This document shows, in pieces, positions 49,103-59,500 of a stretch of 64,000 nucleotides of DNA. The translations under genes were made by a program, and so were the position numbers. This DNA is from an uncultured Bacteroides sp. (GTDB lineage: Bacteria > Bacteroidota > Bacteroidia > Bacteroidales > Bacteroidaceae). The notes below the pieces were generated by a model, which saw only the letters and a program-made list of their open reading frames with translations, searched no databases and was not told the DNA's origin. The DNA lies in NCBI GenBank assembly GCA_947072895.1, contig CAMTKT010000004.1, positions 13,090-77,089 of the forward strand, read 5' to 3'. Position 1 is the stretch's first letter. Every line of letters starts with the position of its first letter.

Positions 49103-49889
49103 AATCGTAGGTTCCATCTTCTTTAATAGTGAATAATAAGTAGATGCGTTTGTCTATGCAGGGGCATTGGAAGTATAGAATTCCATCGTCAAACAAATCA
49201 TCTACCGTAAGCTGGTGTTCGTGTCCGTAAAGACAGAACTGGACTTGGGGGAACTGGTTGACGTATAGTTGGAAAATTTTTGCTACATTGTTGTTGAATA
49301 TGAATTCAAAAGGTTTTACGTGCATAGCGAATACGGTCTTTTCTACTTCAGATGGCAGGTTGTTTAGTTCATTTTCTATAAAGTTGAAATCGGGTACTGG
49401 CTCTGAGTAATCATACTCCATAGCATTGGTGTTGAGGCAGATAAAGCGTACGTTTCCGGCAGTGAAGGCGAAATTAGGATTTCCATAAATAGCTCTGTAT
49501 GCGTCTTCACCTGTACCCAGACAGTCGTGATTACCTAAAAGGCATACGTAGGGCATCTGGAATTTATTGAATATATCCCGCATCCATACAAATTCTTTTG
49601 TGACTCCAAAGTCGGACTGGTCTCCTCCATGAATGACAAAGTCTATGTCGCCATGGGCGTTGATGGCTTTTACAACGTCTTCGGTAGAGTTATACCATCT
49701 TTGGGTGTCACTGATCATGGCAAAGCGGATTGTTTTTTTGCCTTGCATTTTGTTTTCTATCAATTGGATGTTTTTGTTGGTCAGTTCTCTTTCTCCTGTA
49801 ATATGTACATCGTATGGATGGGTTTCCAGCATGTCGCAGCCACTGAAGGATAAGGCCATTAGGACAAAAAATAATAGTCTGTTTGTCAT
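49083..49889 (-). CDS. metallophosphoesterase lipoprotein
   Basis: Lipoprotein signal (LSFSGC); motifs ISDTQ, GGDQSDFG, LGNHD, GHEH. Confidence 0.88.
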   Translation of the reverse strand: MTNRLLFFVLMALSFSGCDMLETHPYDVHITGERELTNKNIQLIENKMQGKKTIRFAMISDTQRWYNSTEDVVKAINAHGDIDFVIHGGDQSDFGVTKEFVWMRDIFNKFQMPYVCLLGNHDCLGTGEDAYRAIYGNPNFAFTAGNVRFICLNTNAMEYDYSEPVPDFNFIENELNNLPSEVEKTVFAMHVKPFEFIFNNNVAKIFQLYVNQFPQVQFCLYGHEHQLTVDDLFDDGILYFQCPCIDKRIYLLFTIKEDGTYDYETVEF

Positions 49890-50026
49890 TGTTCTCTTAA
49901 ATTTGCTGCAAAGTACGTCATTTTAATTAGAATAAGAGTGGCTTATTATTGGGGAAAAATGTTCTTTTTTTCTTATTTTTTTGTCTTTACTTGCATACAG
50001 GCAGGCGGGGCAGTGTTTTTCGGATA

Positions 50027-50078
50027 TAAAAAGAGGATGTATCAAACTCGAATCTTCTTTTGCTTTGATACATCCTCT
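50027..50078 (-). terminator. intrinsic terminator after the DUF1573 gene
   Basis: 15-bp stem AGAGGATGTATCAAA/TTTGATACATCCTCT followed on the minus strand by TTTTTA. Confidence 0.75.
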
Positions 50079-50099
50079 CTCTCTTATGATGTGAAAATT

Positions 50100-50522
50100 T
50101 TATTCTGCAGTTGTGCCTTTCGGGGTCATGTCACCTTCTATATAAAGACGTGTCATTTCATTTTTCCCGTTTGTGCGGATGGTGATTGATTTCTTGAAAT
50201 GTCCCGGAAATTTGCCGGCTCCATTATAAGTCACTGTTATCTGTCCGCTTTCACCTGGTTTGATGGGTTCTTTAGGATATTGGGGAACAGTACATCCGCA
50301 AGATGCGATCGCTTGATGGATGACCAAGGGGCCGTCTCCCGAATTTTTGAATTTGAAAACACAGGTAACTTTCGGGCTAGACTCGGGAAATGAACCGAAA
50401 TTATGTGTTGTTTTCTCAAAGGTTATTTCAGCTTCTCCTTGAGATTGCCATACGGCTGCGTATGTGGTTAACCCTATAATCAACAATAATGTTGAAAGCA
50501 AAATTTTCTTCATTCGTTCCAC
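50100..50522 (-). CDS. DUF1573-domain protein
   Basis: 140 aa; FKFKNSGDGPLVIHQAIASCGCTVPQYPKEPIKPGESGQITVTYNG is the DUF1573 signature. Confidence 0.85.
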   Translation of the reverse strand: MERMKKILLSTLLLIIGLTTYAAVWQSQGEAEITFEKTTHNFGSFPESSPKVTCVFKFKNSGDGPLVIHQAIASCGCTVPQYPKEPIKPGESGQITVTYNGAGKFPGHFKKSITIRTNGKNEMTRLYIEGDMTPKGTTAE

Positions 50523-50606
50523 TGTTTAAAAATTATCGGGGCTAAATTACTGTTTTTTTATAAAAGGTCTTTAACTGTTAGTGAAATAAATGGTAAATTA
50601 ACACCT

Positions 50607-50960
50607 TTAAAAATAAGGAACAAAGATAATCAGCCCTATGATGGCAGTAAAGATGGCGCAAATCAGTACGGCTCCTGCTGCTATGTCCTTTACGTCTCCG
50701 GCTACAGGATGGTAGTTTGGGGATACCAGGTTGACCAGGCGTTCTATGGCTGTGTTGAATGCTTCGGCAGCCAGTACCATTGCAAAGCATAGGAGGATGA
50801 CAAGCCATTCGGTGCGTGTTATTTCAAACCAGATGCCTGCAATGGTTACAGCGATGATGGCTGTGCAATGTATCCAGGCATTGTGTTCCTTACTTAAAAA
50901 ACTACATACGCCTTTCCAGGCGTATGTAAAGCTTTTTAGTCGTTTATGCAGTTCATTCAT
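50607..50960 (-). CDS. dgkA: DgkA-family diacylglycerol/undecaprenol kinase
   Basis: 117 aa, 3 TM; ...EHNAWIH..., AEAFNTAIERLVNL, DIAAGAVL motifs. Confidence 0.88.
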   Translation of the reverse strand: MNELHKRLKSFTYAWKGVCSFLSKEHNAWIHCTAIIAVTIAGIWFEITRTEWLVILLCFAMVLAAEAFNTAIERLVNLVSPNYHPVAGDVKDIAAGAVLICAIFTAIIGLIIFVPYF

Positions 50961-50981
50961 TTTTTTAAGCTTGGGGTGGGT

Positions 50982-53195
50982 TTATCCTCTGTTTACCTGT
51001 TTTACTCCTTTTACTGTTTTTATCTTTTTTACTAATGATTCCAGTTTTGAAGTGTCATCTACCATTACGGTCATCATGCCGCTGAACAGCCCGTCGTGCG
51101 AGTCGATGCTGATGGAACGGAGCAGGATATCGTTTTCCTTATTGATAATGGAGGTGATATTTGTCACAATTCCTATATCATCATGACCGACGATGCGCAG
51201 CGTGATGGGGTATTGTTTGCCGTGGCTCTTTCCAGCCCAACGCGCCTTTACGATGCGGTAGGCGAAACGTGATTGCAACTCCCGTGCGTTAGGGCAGTCG
51301 GTACGGTGTATTTTGATTCCTCCGCTGATGGTTACAAACCCGAAAACGTCATCGCCATAGATAGGGTTGCAGCATTTGGCTAATTTGAAGTCCAGTCCTT
51401 TCAAATTCTGATCAATGACCAGCACGTCTTCTTTGAAGGTTTTGTCGTCCTGTACAGCCTGCATACTGAAGTTCTCGGCGCTTCGATAGACAATATCTTC
51501 CCGGTTTTCCGTTTCTTTTTTCTTCAGTTCCAGGTATTTTTCGATGACGTCGTTCGCATCTTTTGTCTCGTTGGCTATATCCTGATAGAACTCGGTTACG
51601 GTTTTGTATCCCAACTTTTTTATCAGGCGCATCATCACTGCTTCATCATATTCCAGCTTGCGGTTCTTGAATTTACGTTCTATGGTTTCTTTGGCGAATT
51701 CTGTCTGGCGAGCCTCTATCTCTTTGATTGCTTGGCGTATTTTGGTTCTTGCCTTCGAAGTGGTGACGATATTCAGCCAGTCGCGTTTGGGCGTCTGGGT
51801 ATTCGAGGTCATGACTTCTACCTGGTCGCCGCTGTTCAGCGTTTGCTTTAATTGTGCGTTCTTTCCGTTCACCTTTGCTCCGATGCATTTAGAACCTAGT
51901 TTGCTGTGGATAGCGAAGGCAAAGTCCAGTACGGTCGCTCCTTTCGGCATCTTGTACAAGTCGCCTTTGGGGGTGAATACGAATACTTCGTCTTCGTATA
52001 ACTCCAGTTTGAACTGGTCCATCACTTCCAGGTCACTGTCGGCGTTCTCCAGCGTTTCCCGGATGGAGGTCAGCCATTCATCCAGACCGCTTTCTCCTTT
52101 TACGCCTTTGTAACGCCAGTGGGCTGCCAGGCCACGTTCCGCTATCTCGTCCATGCGTTCGGTGCGTATCTGTACTTCCACCCATTTGCCTTCAGGCCCC
52201 ATTACAGTGGTGTGCAAGGATTCGTATCCGTTACTTTTGGGTACGGAGAGCCAGTCGCGCAGACGTTTGGGATTGGGCATATACATATCGGTCACAATGG
52301 AATATACTTGCCAGCATTCTTGTTTTTCCTTGTCGACGGGAGACTCCAGAATGATTCGGATGGCAAACAAGTCATACACTCCTTCGAAGGGACATTTCTG
52401 TTTCTTCATTTTCTGATAGATGGAATGGATGGACTTGGTACGCCCTTTCATGTGGAACTTTAATCCTGCTTCTTCCAGCTTATGCTGTATCGGTTCGATA
52501 AAGGCGGCTATGTATTTGTCACGAGAAGCTTTCGTTTCGTTCAGTTTGTCCTTTATATGATAATACACATCGTGTTCGGTATATTTCAAGGAAAGATCTT
52601 CCAACTCCGATTTCAGTTTGTACAGTCCCAGCTTGTGTGCCAGCGGTGCGTACAGATAGGCGGCTTCGTTGGCTACCTGGGTACGTGCTTCCATATTGGG
52701 AGTTTCCTTTATCTGCCGCATCAGGTTTACGCGGTCTGCAATGATAATCAGGATAACACGCATGTCCTCGGCGAAAGAGAGTAGCAGGTTGCGAAAATTC
52801 TCCGATTCTATGGTAGGACTTTTGGAGTATAGCTCATTAATTTTCACAAGGCCGCGTATGATCCCCGCTACATCCTCTCCATATTCCTGTTGTACAGATG
52901 CTAAGGTGCATAAATGGTTCTTTACCGATTCGTGCAGCATGATCCCCAGGATGGAAGCCCGTTTCATCCCAATTTCTTCAGCCACGATGACGGCGGTCTG
53001 CATATCTTTGATGATAGGATTCATCCCGAAACAATTTCGTGGCAGGTTACCTTCGGCAACTGCTTTTATAAGGTGTATTTTTAACTTGTGGCAATCACCC
53101 TTCTGCAAGGTGTCGCCAGATAATTGCAGCAATCGTTTATAGAGGGCGAACAGTTGCTCACGCTCTTTGGCTGTGAAAAAAGCTTTTTCTTCCAT
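50982..53195 (-). CDS. bifunctional (p)ppGpp synthetase/hydrolase (RelA/SpoT homologue)
   Basis: 737 aa; HD region, synthetase core (GRTKSIHSIYQKM...DLFAIRII...YESLHTTV), TGS (VFVFTPKGD) and a C-terminal ACT-like domain. Confidence 0.93.
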   Translation of the reverse strand: MEEKAFFTAKEREQLFALYKRLLQLSGDTLQKGDCHKLKIHLIKAVAEGNLPRNCFGMNPIIKDMQTAVIVAEEIGMKRASILGIMLHESVKNHLCTLASVQQEYGEDVAGIIRGLVKINELYSKSPTIESENFRNLLLSFAEDMRVILIIIADRVNLMRQIKETPNMEARTQVANEAAYLYAPLAHKLGLYKLKSELEDLSLKYTEHDVYYHIKDKLNETKASRDKYIAAFIEPIQHKLEEAGLKFHMKGRTKSIHSIYQKMKKQKCPFEGVYDLFAIRIILESPVDKEKQECWQVYSIVTDMYMPNPKRLRDWLSVPKSNGYESLHTTVMGPEGKWVEVQIRTERMDEIAERGLAAHWRYKGVKGESGLDEWLTSIRETLENADSDLEVMDQFKLELYEDEVFVFTPKGDLYKMPKGATVLDFAFAIHSKLGSKCIGAKVNGKNAQLKQTLNSGDQVEVMTSNTQTPKRDWLNIVTTSKARTKIRQAIKEIEARQTEFAKETIERKFKNRKLEYDEAVMMRLIKKLGYKTVTEFYQDIANETKDANDVIEKYLELKKKETENREDIVYRSAENFSMQAVQDDKTFKEDVLVIDQNLKGLDFKLAKCCNPIYGDDVFGFVTISGGIKIHRTDCPNARELQSRFAYRIVKARWAGKSHGKQYPITLRIVGHDDIGIVTNITSIINKENDILLRSISIDSHDGLFSGMMTVMVDDTSKLESLVKKIKTVKGVKQVNRG

Positions 53196-53269
53196 AACAC
53201 GTGAAATCTTTTCGAGGGTAAAGGTAGTTTTTTTCTTTATTTATTAGGCAGTGTTCTCGCATTTTTTTG

Positions 53270-53277
53270 TATTTTTG
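53270..53277 (+). promoter_or_regulatory. Bacteroides -7 box TAttTTTG for the DUF4301 gene
   Basis: Exact match 62 nt upstream of the ATG at 53339. Confidence 0.45.
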
Positions 53278-53338
53278 GGCAATTAATAGTGAAAGGATAA
53301 GGTAACAATTAATTTAAACCATATAAAATCATGTACTT

Positions 53339-54856
53339 ATGTTAACACCTGAAGACAAAGACTTATTAGTGAAAAAAGGAATTTCCAAGCAGCAGATTGC
53401 AGAACAACTGGCTTGCTTTGAAAAGGGTTTCCCATTTTTGAAGCTGGATGCAGCCGCTTCTGTTGCAAAGGGAATCATGGCTCCCGCCGAAAATGAAATG
53501 AAAAATTATTTGGAGGCATGGGATATATATAAGGAAGGGGAGAAAACCATCGTGAAGTTTGTACCTGCCTCTGGTGCTGCCAGCCGCATGTTCAAGAATT
53601 TGTTCGAATTCCTAGGGGCTGATTACAATATTCCGAAGACTGATTTCGAAAAGAAATTTTTTGACCATATTCATAGCTTCGCATTCTATAATGATCTGAA
53701 TGCGGCTTGTATGGATAATACAGGAAAGAATATCGATGCTTTGATGGCCGGGAAGGATTATAAACCTATAGTAGCCAATCTGCTGGAAGCTGCCGGCTTG
53801 AACTATGGGGCATTGCCGAAGGGGTTGTTGAAATTCCATCGGTATGCGGATGGTGTGCGTACGCCGCTGGAAGAACATTTGGTGGAGGGCGCATTGTATG
53901 CGGCAGGCAGGACCGGAAAAGTGAATGTGCATTTCACCGTTTCTACGGAACATCGTGAATTGTTCACAAAGCTGGTGGAAGAGAAGGTTGCCGTTTATGC
54001 AAAGAAGTATGGAGTGGAATATGATGTGTCGTTTTCTGAACAGAAACCGAGTACGGATACGGTTGCTGCCGATATGGAGAACAAACCTTTCCGCGATAAA
54101 GGCAAACTGTTGTTTCGTCCAGGAGGGCATGGTGCGCTGATTGAGAACCTGAATGATCTGGATGCTGATGTTATCTTTATCAAGAATATAGATAATGTGG
54201 TGCCCGACCGCTTGAAAGAGGATACTGTTACGTATAAAAAGCTGATTGCGGGGGTACTGGTTACTTTGCAGAAGCAGGTATTTGAATATTTGGAATTGTT
54301 GGATGGTGGTAAATATACACATGCGCAGCTGGAAGAGATCATTCGTTTCTTGCAGCAGGCTTTATGTTGTCGCAAACCGGATGTCAAGGATCTGGAAGAT
54401 GCCGATCTAGTTATTTATCTACGTAAGAAGTTGAACCGTCCGATGCGTGTATGCGGTATGGTGAAGAATGTGGGTGAACCGGGAGGCGGCCCGTTCCTGG
54501 CTTATAATGCGGATGGTACTGTTTCACTGCAAATTTTGGAAAGTTCTCAGATTGACATGAATGATCCGGCCAAGAAGGAGATGTTCGAGAAAGGTACTCA
54601 CTTTAATCCGGTGGATTTGGTGTGTGCGGTACGCGATTATAAAGGAAACAAATTCGACTTGGTGAAGTATGTGGATAAGGCTACAGGTTTTATCTCTTAT
54701 AAATCAAAGAACGGTAGAGAACTGAAAGCATTGGAACTTCCGGGCTTGTGGAATGGCGCGATGAGTGACTGGAACACTGTTTTCGTTGAAGTGCCGTTGA
54801 GTACCTTCAATCCGGTGAAGACTGTGAATGATTTGTTGCGTGAACAGCATCAATGA
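53339..54856 (+). CDS. DUF4301-family protein
   Basis: 505 aa; N-terminus MLTPEDKDLLVKKGISKQQIAEQLACFEKGFPFLKL... and KFVPASGAASRMFK match my recollection of this Bacteroidetes family (nucleotidyl/UGPase-like). Confidence 0.65.
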   Translation: MLTPEDKDLLVKKGISKQQIAEQLACFEKGFPFLKLDAAASVAKGIMAPAENEMKNYLEAWDIYKEGEKTIVKFVPASGAASRMFKNLFEFLGADYNIPKTDFEKKFFDHIHSFAFYNDLNAACMDNTGKNIDALMAGKDYKPIVANLLEAAGLNYGALPKGLLKFHRYADGVRTPLEEHLVEGALYAAGRTGKVNVHFTVSTEHRELFTKLVEEKVAVYAKKYGVEYDVSFSEQKPSTDTVAADMENKPFRDKGKLLFRPGGHGALIENLNDLDADVIFIKNIDNVVPDRLKEDTVTYKKLIAGVLVTLQKQVFEYLELLDGGKYTHAQLEEIIRFLQQALCCRKPDVKDLEDADLVIYLRKKLNRPMRVCGMVKNVGEPGGGPFLAYNADGTVSLQILESSQIDMNDPAKKEMFEKGTHFNPVDLVCAVRDYKGNKFDLVKYVDKATGFISYKSKNGRELKALELPGLWNGAMSDWNTVFVEVPLSTFNPVKTVNDLLREQHQ

Positions 54857-54942
54857 CCCCTTTTTATTGTAGACTACATGGATTTATACAGATCGGAAGA
54901 TTTGTGTAAATCCGTGTGGCTTTTTTGTGAAGACTATTTATA

Positions 54943-54950
54943 TACCTTTG
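54943..54950 (+). promoter_or_regulatory. Bacteroides -7 box TAccTTTG for the PNGase F-like gene
   Basis: Exact match 25 nt upstream of the ATG at 54975. Confidence 0.45.
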
Positions 54951-54974
54951 ATTGCTAACCTATAATTAAAAAGA

Positions 54975-56225
54975 ATGAACCTGCTAACCTTTATTGCCCC
55001 ACTGGCTGTGTCGGCAACTTTTATGATGCCGGCTGATGCCGCAAATTACAAAGAATTACCGGCATTGGGAAATACTCATATTCAAGTATTCGACAAGACC
55101 CCTGTTTGTTTTCGTCCCGATTCCTTTCCCAATTATACTCCTGCCAATGCTGACGGAGTGATCCGTCTGGTAAACGGGCGTATTATTTTAAAGAAAATAA
55201 CCTTGCCCGATTACAAAAGGGATGTGGATGTTACCCTGAAAGTAACTGTAGCTTCCAATGGTGACCGTTGGGATAAATCAGGCTCTTGTTTTGTGCTTCC
55301 CAAAGAATCGGTGATCAATCTGATGAATATAGCCGAAGGCAAGAAGGCGTTTCCTGCGGTAGACAGTGTCAAATATGAAAAAATGATTGGTATTGTTCCG
55401 GGCAAGGATTATGTGCCTACCCTTGAACTGATGCGTTTTATGACTCCGTTCGGTGTGGGGTATTATAGTTCGGATAATGATTCTTTGAGCAGCAAGAGAC
55501 GTCCTGTATATATCCCGAAATGGGAAAAGAGTGTGACTTGGGTGCAGGATATTACCGATCTTTATCCGGCATTGGAGAAAGAGGCATATGTGGGAATTTA
55601 TATTGATACATGGACTGCCGAGGGGTATGTGGCCAGTATGGAATTGGACGTGAAGGAAAGTAAGATCACTTGCGATGTGATGCCGGAACGCCGTGTGAAG
55701 CCTTTGATGAATACGGTGTATTATATCGGACAGACTTATCCGGATATTTTTTCACGCAAAGATGTGGTGATGGATTTTGATATGCCAGAAGCTGCCAAGA
55801 ATGTTCGTTTGAAGTATATTGTTACAGGTCACGGGGGGCATAGTGGCGGAGATGAGTTTGTGGAGAAACGAAACATCGTGTCTGTTGATGGCAAGGAGGT
55901 GTTGAATTTCATTCCTTGGCGTGATGACTGTGCTTCTTTCCGCCGTTTTAATCCGGCTACGGGAGTATGGCTGATACCACGAGTTGCTGCGTATATAGGT
56001 GATAAGGGTTATACGACAAAAGAGATTGAAGAACCTCTGGCTTCTTCGGATTTATCCCGTTCCAATTGGTGTCCGGGTAGCGATGTGATGCCTGAGGAGG
56101 CTGTTATTGGTGACTTGCCGGCCGGTAAACATTCTTTTAAGGTAAGTATCCCTGAGGCGCAACAGGTGGATGGCAATAAATTGAATCATTGGCTGGTTTC
56201 AGCTTATTTGGTTTGGGAGGAATAA
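54975..56225 (+). CDS. PNGase F-like protein (putative peptide-N-glycosidase)
   Basis: 416 aa with a signal peptide. [27 protein letters not shown] and [12 protein letters not shown] parallel the PNGase F motifs CDEWDR, ISGWGH and AGWCPGMAVP. Confidence 0.6.
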   Translation: MNLLTFIAPLAVSATFMMPADAANYKELPALGNTHIQVFDKTPVCFRPDSFPNYTPANADGVIRLVNGRIILKKITLPDYKRDVDVTLKVTVASNGDRWDKSGSCFVLPKESVINLMNIAEGKKAFPAVDSVKYEKMIGIVPGKDYVPTLELMRFMTPFGVGYYSSDNDSLSSKRRPVYIPKWEKSVTWVQDITDLYPALEKEAYVGIYIDTWTAEGYVASMELDVKESKITCDVMPERRVKPLMNTVYYIGQTYPDIFSRKDVVMDFDMPEAAKNVRLKYIVTGHGGHSGGDEFVEKRNIVSVDGKEVLNFIPWRDDCASFRRFNPATGVWLIPRVAAYIGDKGYTTKEIEEPLASSDLSRSNWCPGSDVMPEEAVIGDLPAGKHSFKVSIPEAQQVDGNKLNHWLVSAYLVWEE

Positions 56226-56269
56226 CTTTTATCGGTGCATATTATAAATTGACGTTTGATTCGACAGGG

Positions 56270-56319
56270 AAAATGTTAATAGGCTACTATAAGATGTTAT
56301 TGCGGAAATTTTAAACAGG
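56270..56319 (+). repeat. copy A of the about 50-bp direct repeat
   Basis: AAAATGTTAATAGGCTACTATAAGATGTTATTGCGGAAATTTTAAACAGG, 45 nt after the PNGase F-like stop. About 45 of 52 aligned positions are identical to copy B. Confidence 0.9.
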
Positions 56320-56514
56320 TTTTTTTAATCATTTCAAAACAGTTCTTTATTAGTTCGTATTGTGTTATATATAAATATAGAGTAAACGCGTGTTTTATGT
56401 TGCTTATGGATAGGAATGTGGGAGAATAGTTATTAAAGTTTGATGTAAGAATGTTTTTTTACAGAAATATTTTTAATAAATGCATCTTGCTTTTGTTTTA
56501 ATGTAATTTATTAT

Positions 56515-56522
56515 TAATTTTG
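56515..56522 (+). promoter_or_regulatory. Bacteroides -7 box TAatTTTG for the HTCS gene
   Basis: Exact match 55 nt upstream of the ATG at 56577. Confidence 0.45.
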
Positions 56523-56576
56523 TGACTTATTGCATTAACGTAAATATTTGTAGATAAAACACGTACATTTTTTAAA

Positions 56577-59500
56577 ATGAAAAGCATTTTTTTAGTATTA
56601 ATGTTTGTTCCTTTACTCTCTTTTGCACAAACATATAGGTATATAGGGATAGAGGATGGACTTAGTAATCGTAGGATCTTTGATATCCAGAAAGATTCTA
56701 AAGGATATATGTGGTTCTTGACTAATGAGGGAATGGACCGTTATGATGGTAGAGAAATAAAACATTACAAATTGCTGGGTAAGAGTAAGAATATACATCT
56801 TGGATGGTTATATAAGGAAGACCAAGGTGATCTATGGGTGATTGGTAAAAAGGGATGTGTGTTCCATTACGATACATTACGCGATCAGTTTAGGATGGTC
56901 TATCAGTTATCTGATGTTTCAGATGACGTTACATGTGGATATATGGATCACAATCAGAATATTTGGCTATGTACTCAGGATTCCATAAGGTTATATAATA
57001 TAAAGAATGCTTGTAAATACAGTTTGCTTAACGTGATGGATGCCAATATCCAAATGGTGGAGCAGGTGGACAGTTGTCATTTTTTCATTGCTGCTGAACG
57101 GGGAATACGCTATGTTGAACTGGAGAATGACGAATTAAAAGTGATTCCTATAGAGGCTTTATATGATATTACTTCGCAAGTAAACGAACTATATTATCAT
57201 TCGGAGTCTCAAAAACTGTTTGTTGGAACTTTCGGAGAAGGGGTTTTTGCTTTTGATATGTGTACCCGCCGGATAACCCACTCGTCTATGGATTTGAGTG
57301 ATGTAAATATCACAGGGATTTGCCCGTTGAATGAGGCGGAACTGTTAGTTGGCACGGAAGGAATGGGATTACATAAATTGGATGTTAATACATGTGTTAC
57401 GCAACCCTATCTTATCGCAGATTATGAAAGTAATAATGGCATGAATGGAAATAATATCAATGATATTTATGTTGATGAGGAAAAACGCATTTGGCTGGCA
57501 AATTATTTTGAGGGAATTACAATTGTGGACAACCGGTATAAGAACTATGATTGGATAAAGCATTCTATTGGAAACCACCAATCTTTGGTGAATGATCAGG
57601 TACATGCTGTTATTGAGGATAGTGAGGGTGATTTATGGTTTGGAACCAGTAACGGGATAAGCCTTTATAACAGGCAGACACAAAGGTGGCATTCTTTCTT
57701 AAGTTCTGTTGATCATCATTTGAAAGATAAAAATCATGTTTTTGTTACTTTGTGTGAGGTCTCTCCTGGAGTGATATGGGCAGGGGGATATACTTCGGGT
57801 ATATATAAAATCAACAAACGGACACTATCTGTAGAATATTTTTCTCCTTTTTTGCTTACTCCTATGAATATGCAACCAGATAAATACATCCGTGGTATGA
57901 TAAAAGACTCAAACGGACATATATGGTCAGGCGGTTTTTATAACTTGAAATGCTTTGATATCAAAGACAATAGCGTCCGTTTATATCCAGGAGTAAACTC
58001 TATAACTGCTATTGCGGAGAAGGATAGTAACTTTATGTGGATTGGTACTGCTACAGGGCTTTATTTGCTGGATCGGAATACAGGGAGTTACCAGTATGTT
58101 GTTTTACCTGTCGAAGTTAATTATGTCAATGCATTGTATCAATCGGATGGTGGGCTGCTGTATGTGGGAACGAATGGATCGGGAGTGTTGGTTTATGATT
58201 CTCACAGTAAGACTTTCGAGCATTATTATACAGACAATTGTGCATTGGTATCCAATAATATATATGCTATTTTGCCTGAAATAGACGGAAGTATTATTAT
58301 GAGTACGGAAGATGGAATCACTAGTTTTCAGATAGAGGATAAGACATTTCATAACCGAACCAGCGAACAGGGGCTTCTGTCAGCCTGTTTTAATCCATCG
58401 TCTGGAACATTGTGTAAGAATGGAGGTTTTGTTTTAGGCAGTACGGATGGCGCGATTGAATTTCCGGAGAAATTGAAATTTCCTACTTATGTTTACAATA
58501 AAATGATATTAAGCGATTTTCAGATATCTTATCAGCCGGTTTATCCTGGGGATGAAGGCTCTCCATTGGAGAAAGATATAAATGAGACGAAAGTGTTAAA
58601 GCTGGATTATGATCAGAATACTTTTTCTTTGATATTATCTTCTATAAATTATGATTTTCCCTCTAATGTGCTGTTCTCGTGGAAACTGGATGGATTCTAT
58701 AATGAATGGAGTAGGCCGGGGAATGCCAATCTCATACGTTATACTAATTTGAACCCTGGTAAATATACATTGCACATTCGTGCTGTTTCCAAGGAGGAAC
58801 AGCAATTGGTTTTTGAAGAGCGGGAACTGAAGATTATAATAGCTCGCCCTTTTTGGTTGAGTTTTTGGGCTATATTGGGTTATGTGATTTTTGTGTTATC
58901 TGTTTTCATTGTTATTTATCGTATCTTGAATTTAAAGAAACAGAAAAAAATATCGGACGAGAAAACTCGCTTCTTTATCAATACGGCTCATGATATCCGC
59001 ACCCCGCTTACATTGATAAAGGCTCCTTTGGAGGAGTTGTTCGAAAAAGAGACGTTCAGTGATCGTGGCAAGAAAAGGATGAGGGTGGCTTTGAGGAATG
59101 TGGATGTGCTTTTACGACTCACTACCAATTTGATCAATTTTGAACGGACAGATGTCTATTCTTCTGAGTTATTTGTTGCCCAATATGATTTGAGTGCCTA
59201 TTTGCAAGATATATGTGACATATTTCGTTCGTATGCTGCTTTCAAGCATTTGGATTTCACTTGCGACTGTAATGTGGAGGAGGGGTTGAAAGTATGGTTT
59301 GATAAAGAAAAAATGGATTCCATTTTAAAAAATTTGTTATCGAATGCAATGAAATATACACCTGAATATGGTGCAGTAGGTGTTTCGGTGCAGGAAACTA
59401 AAGATACATGGAAATTGGAAGTGAAGGATACTGGTATTGGAATTGCATCGAAGGAACATAATAAATTATTTAAGATGCACTTTAGAGGAGTGAATGCCAT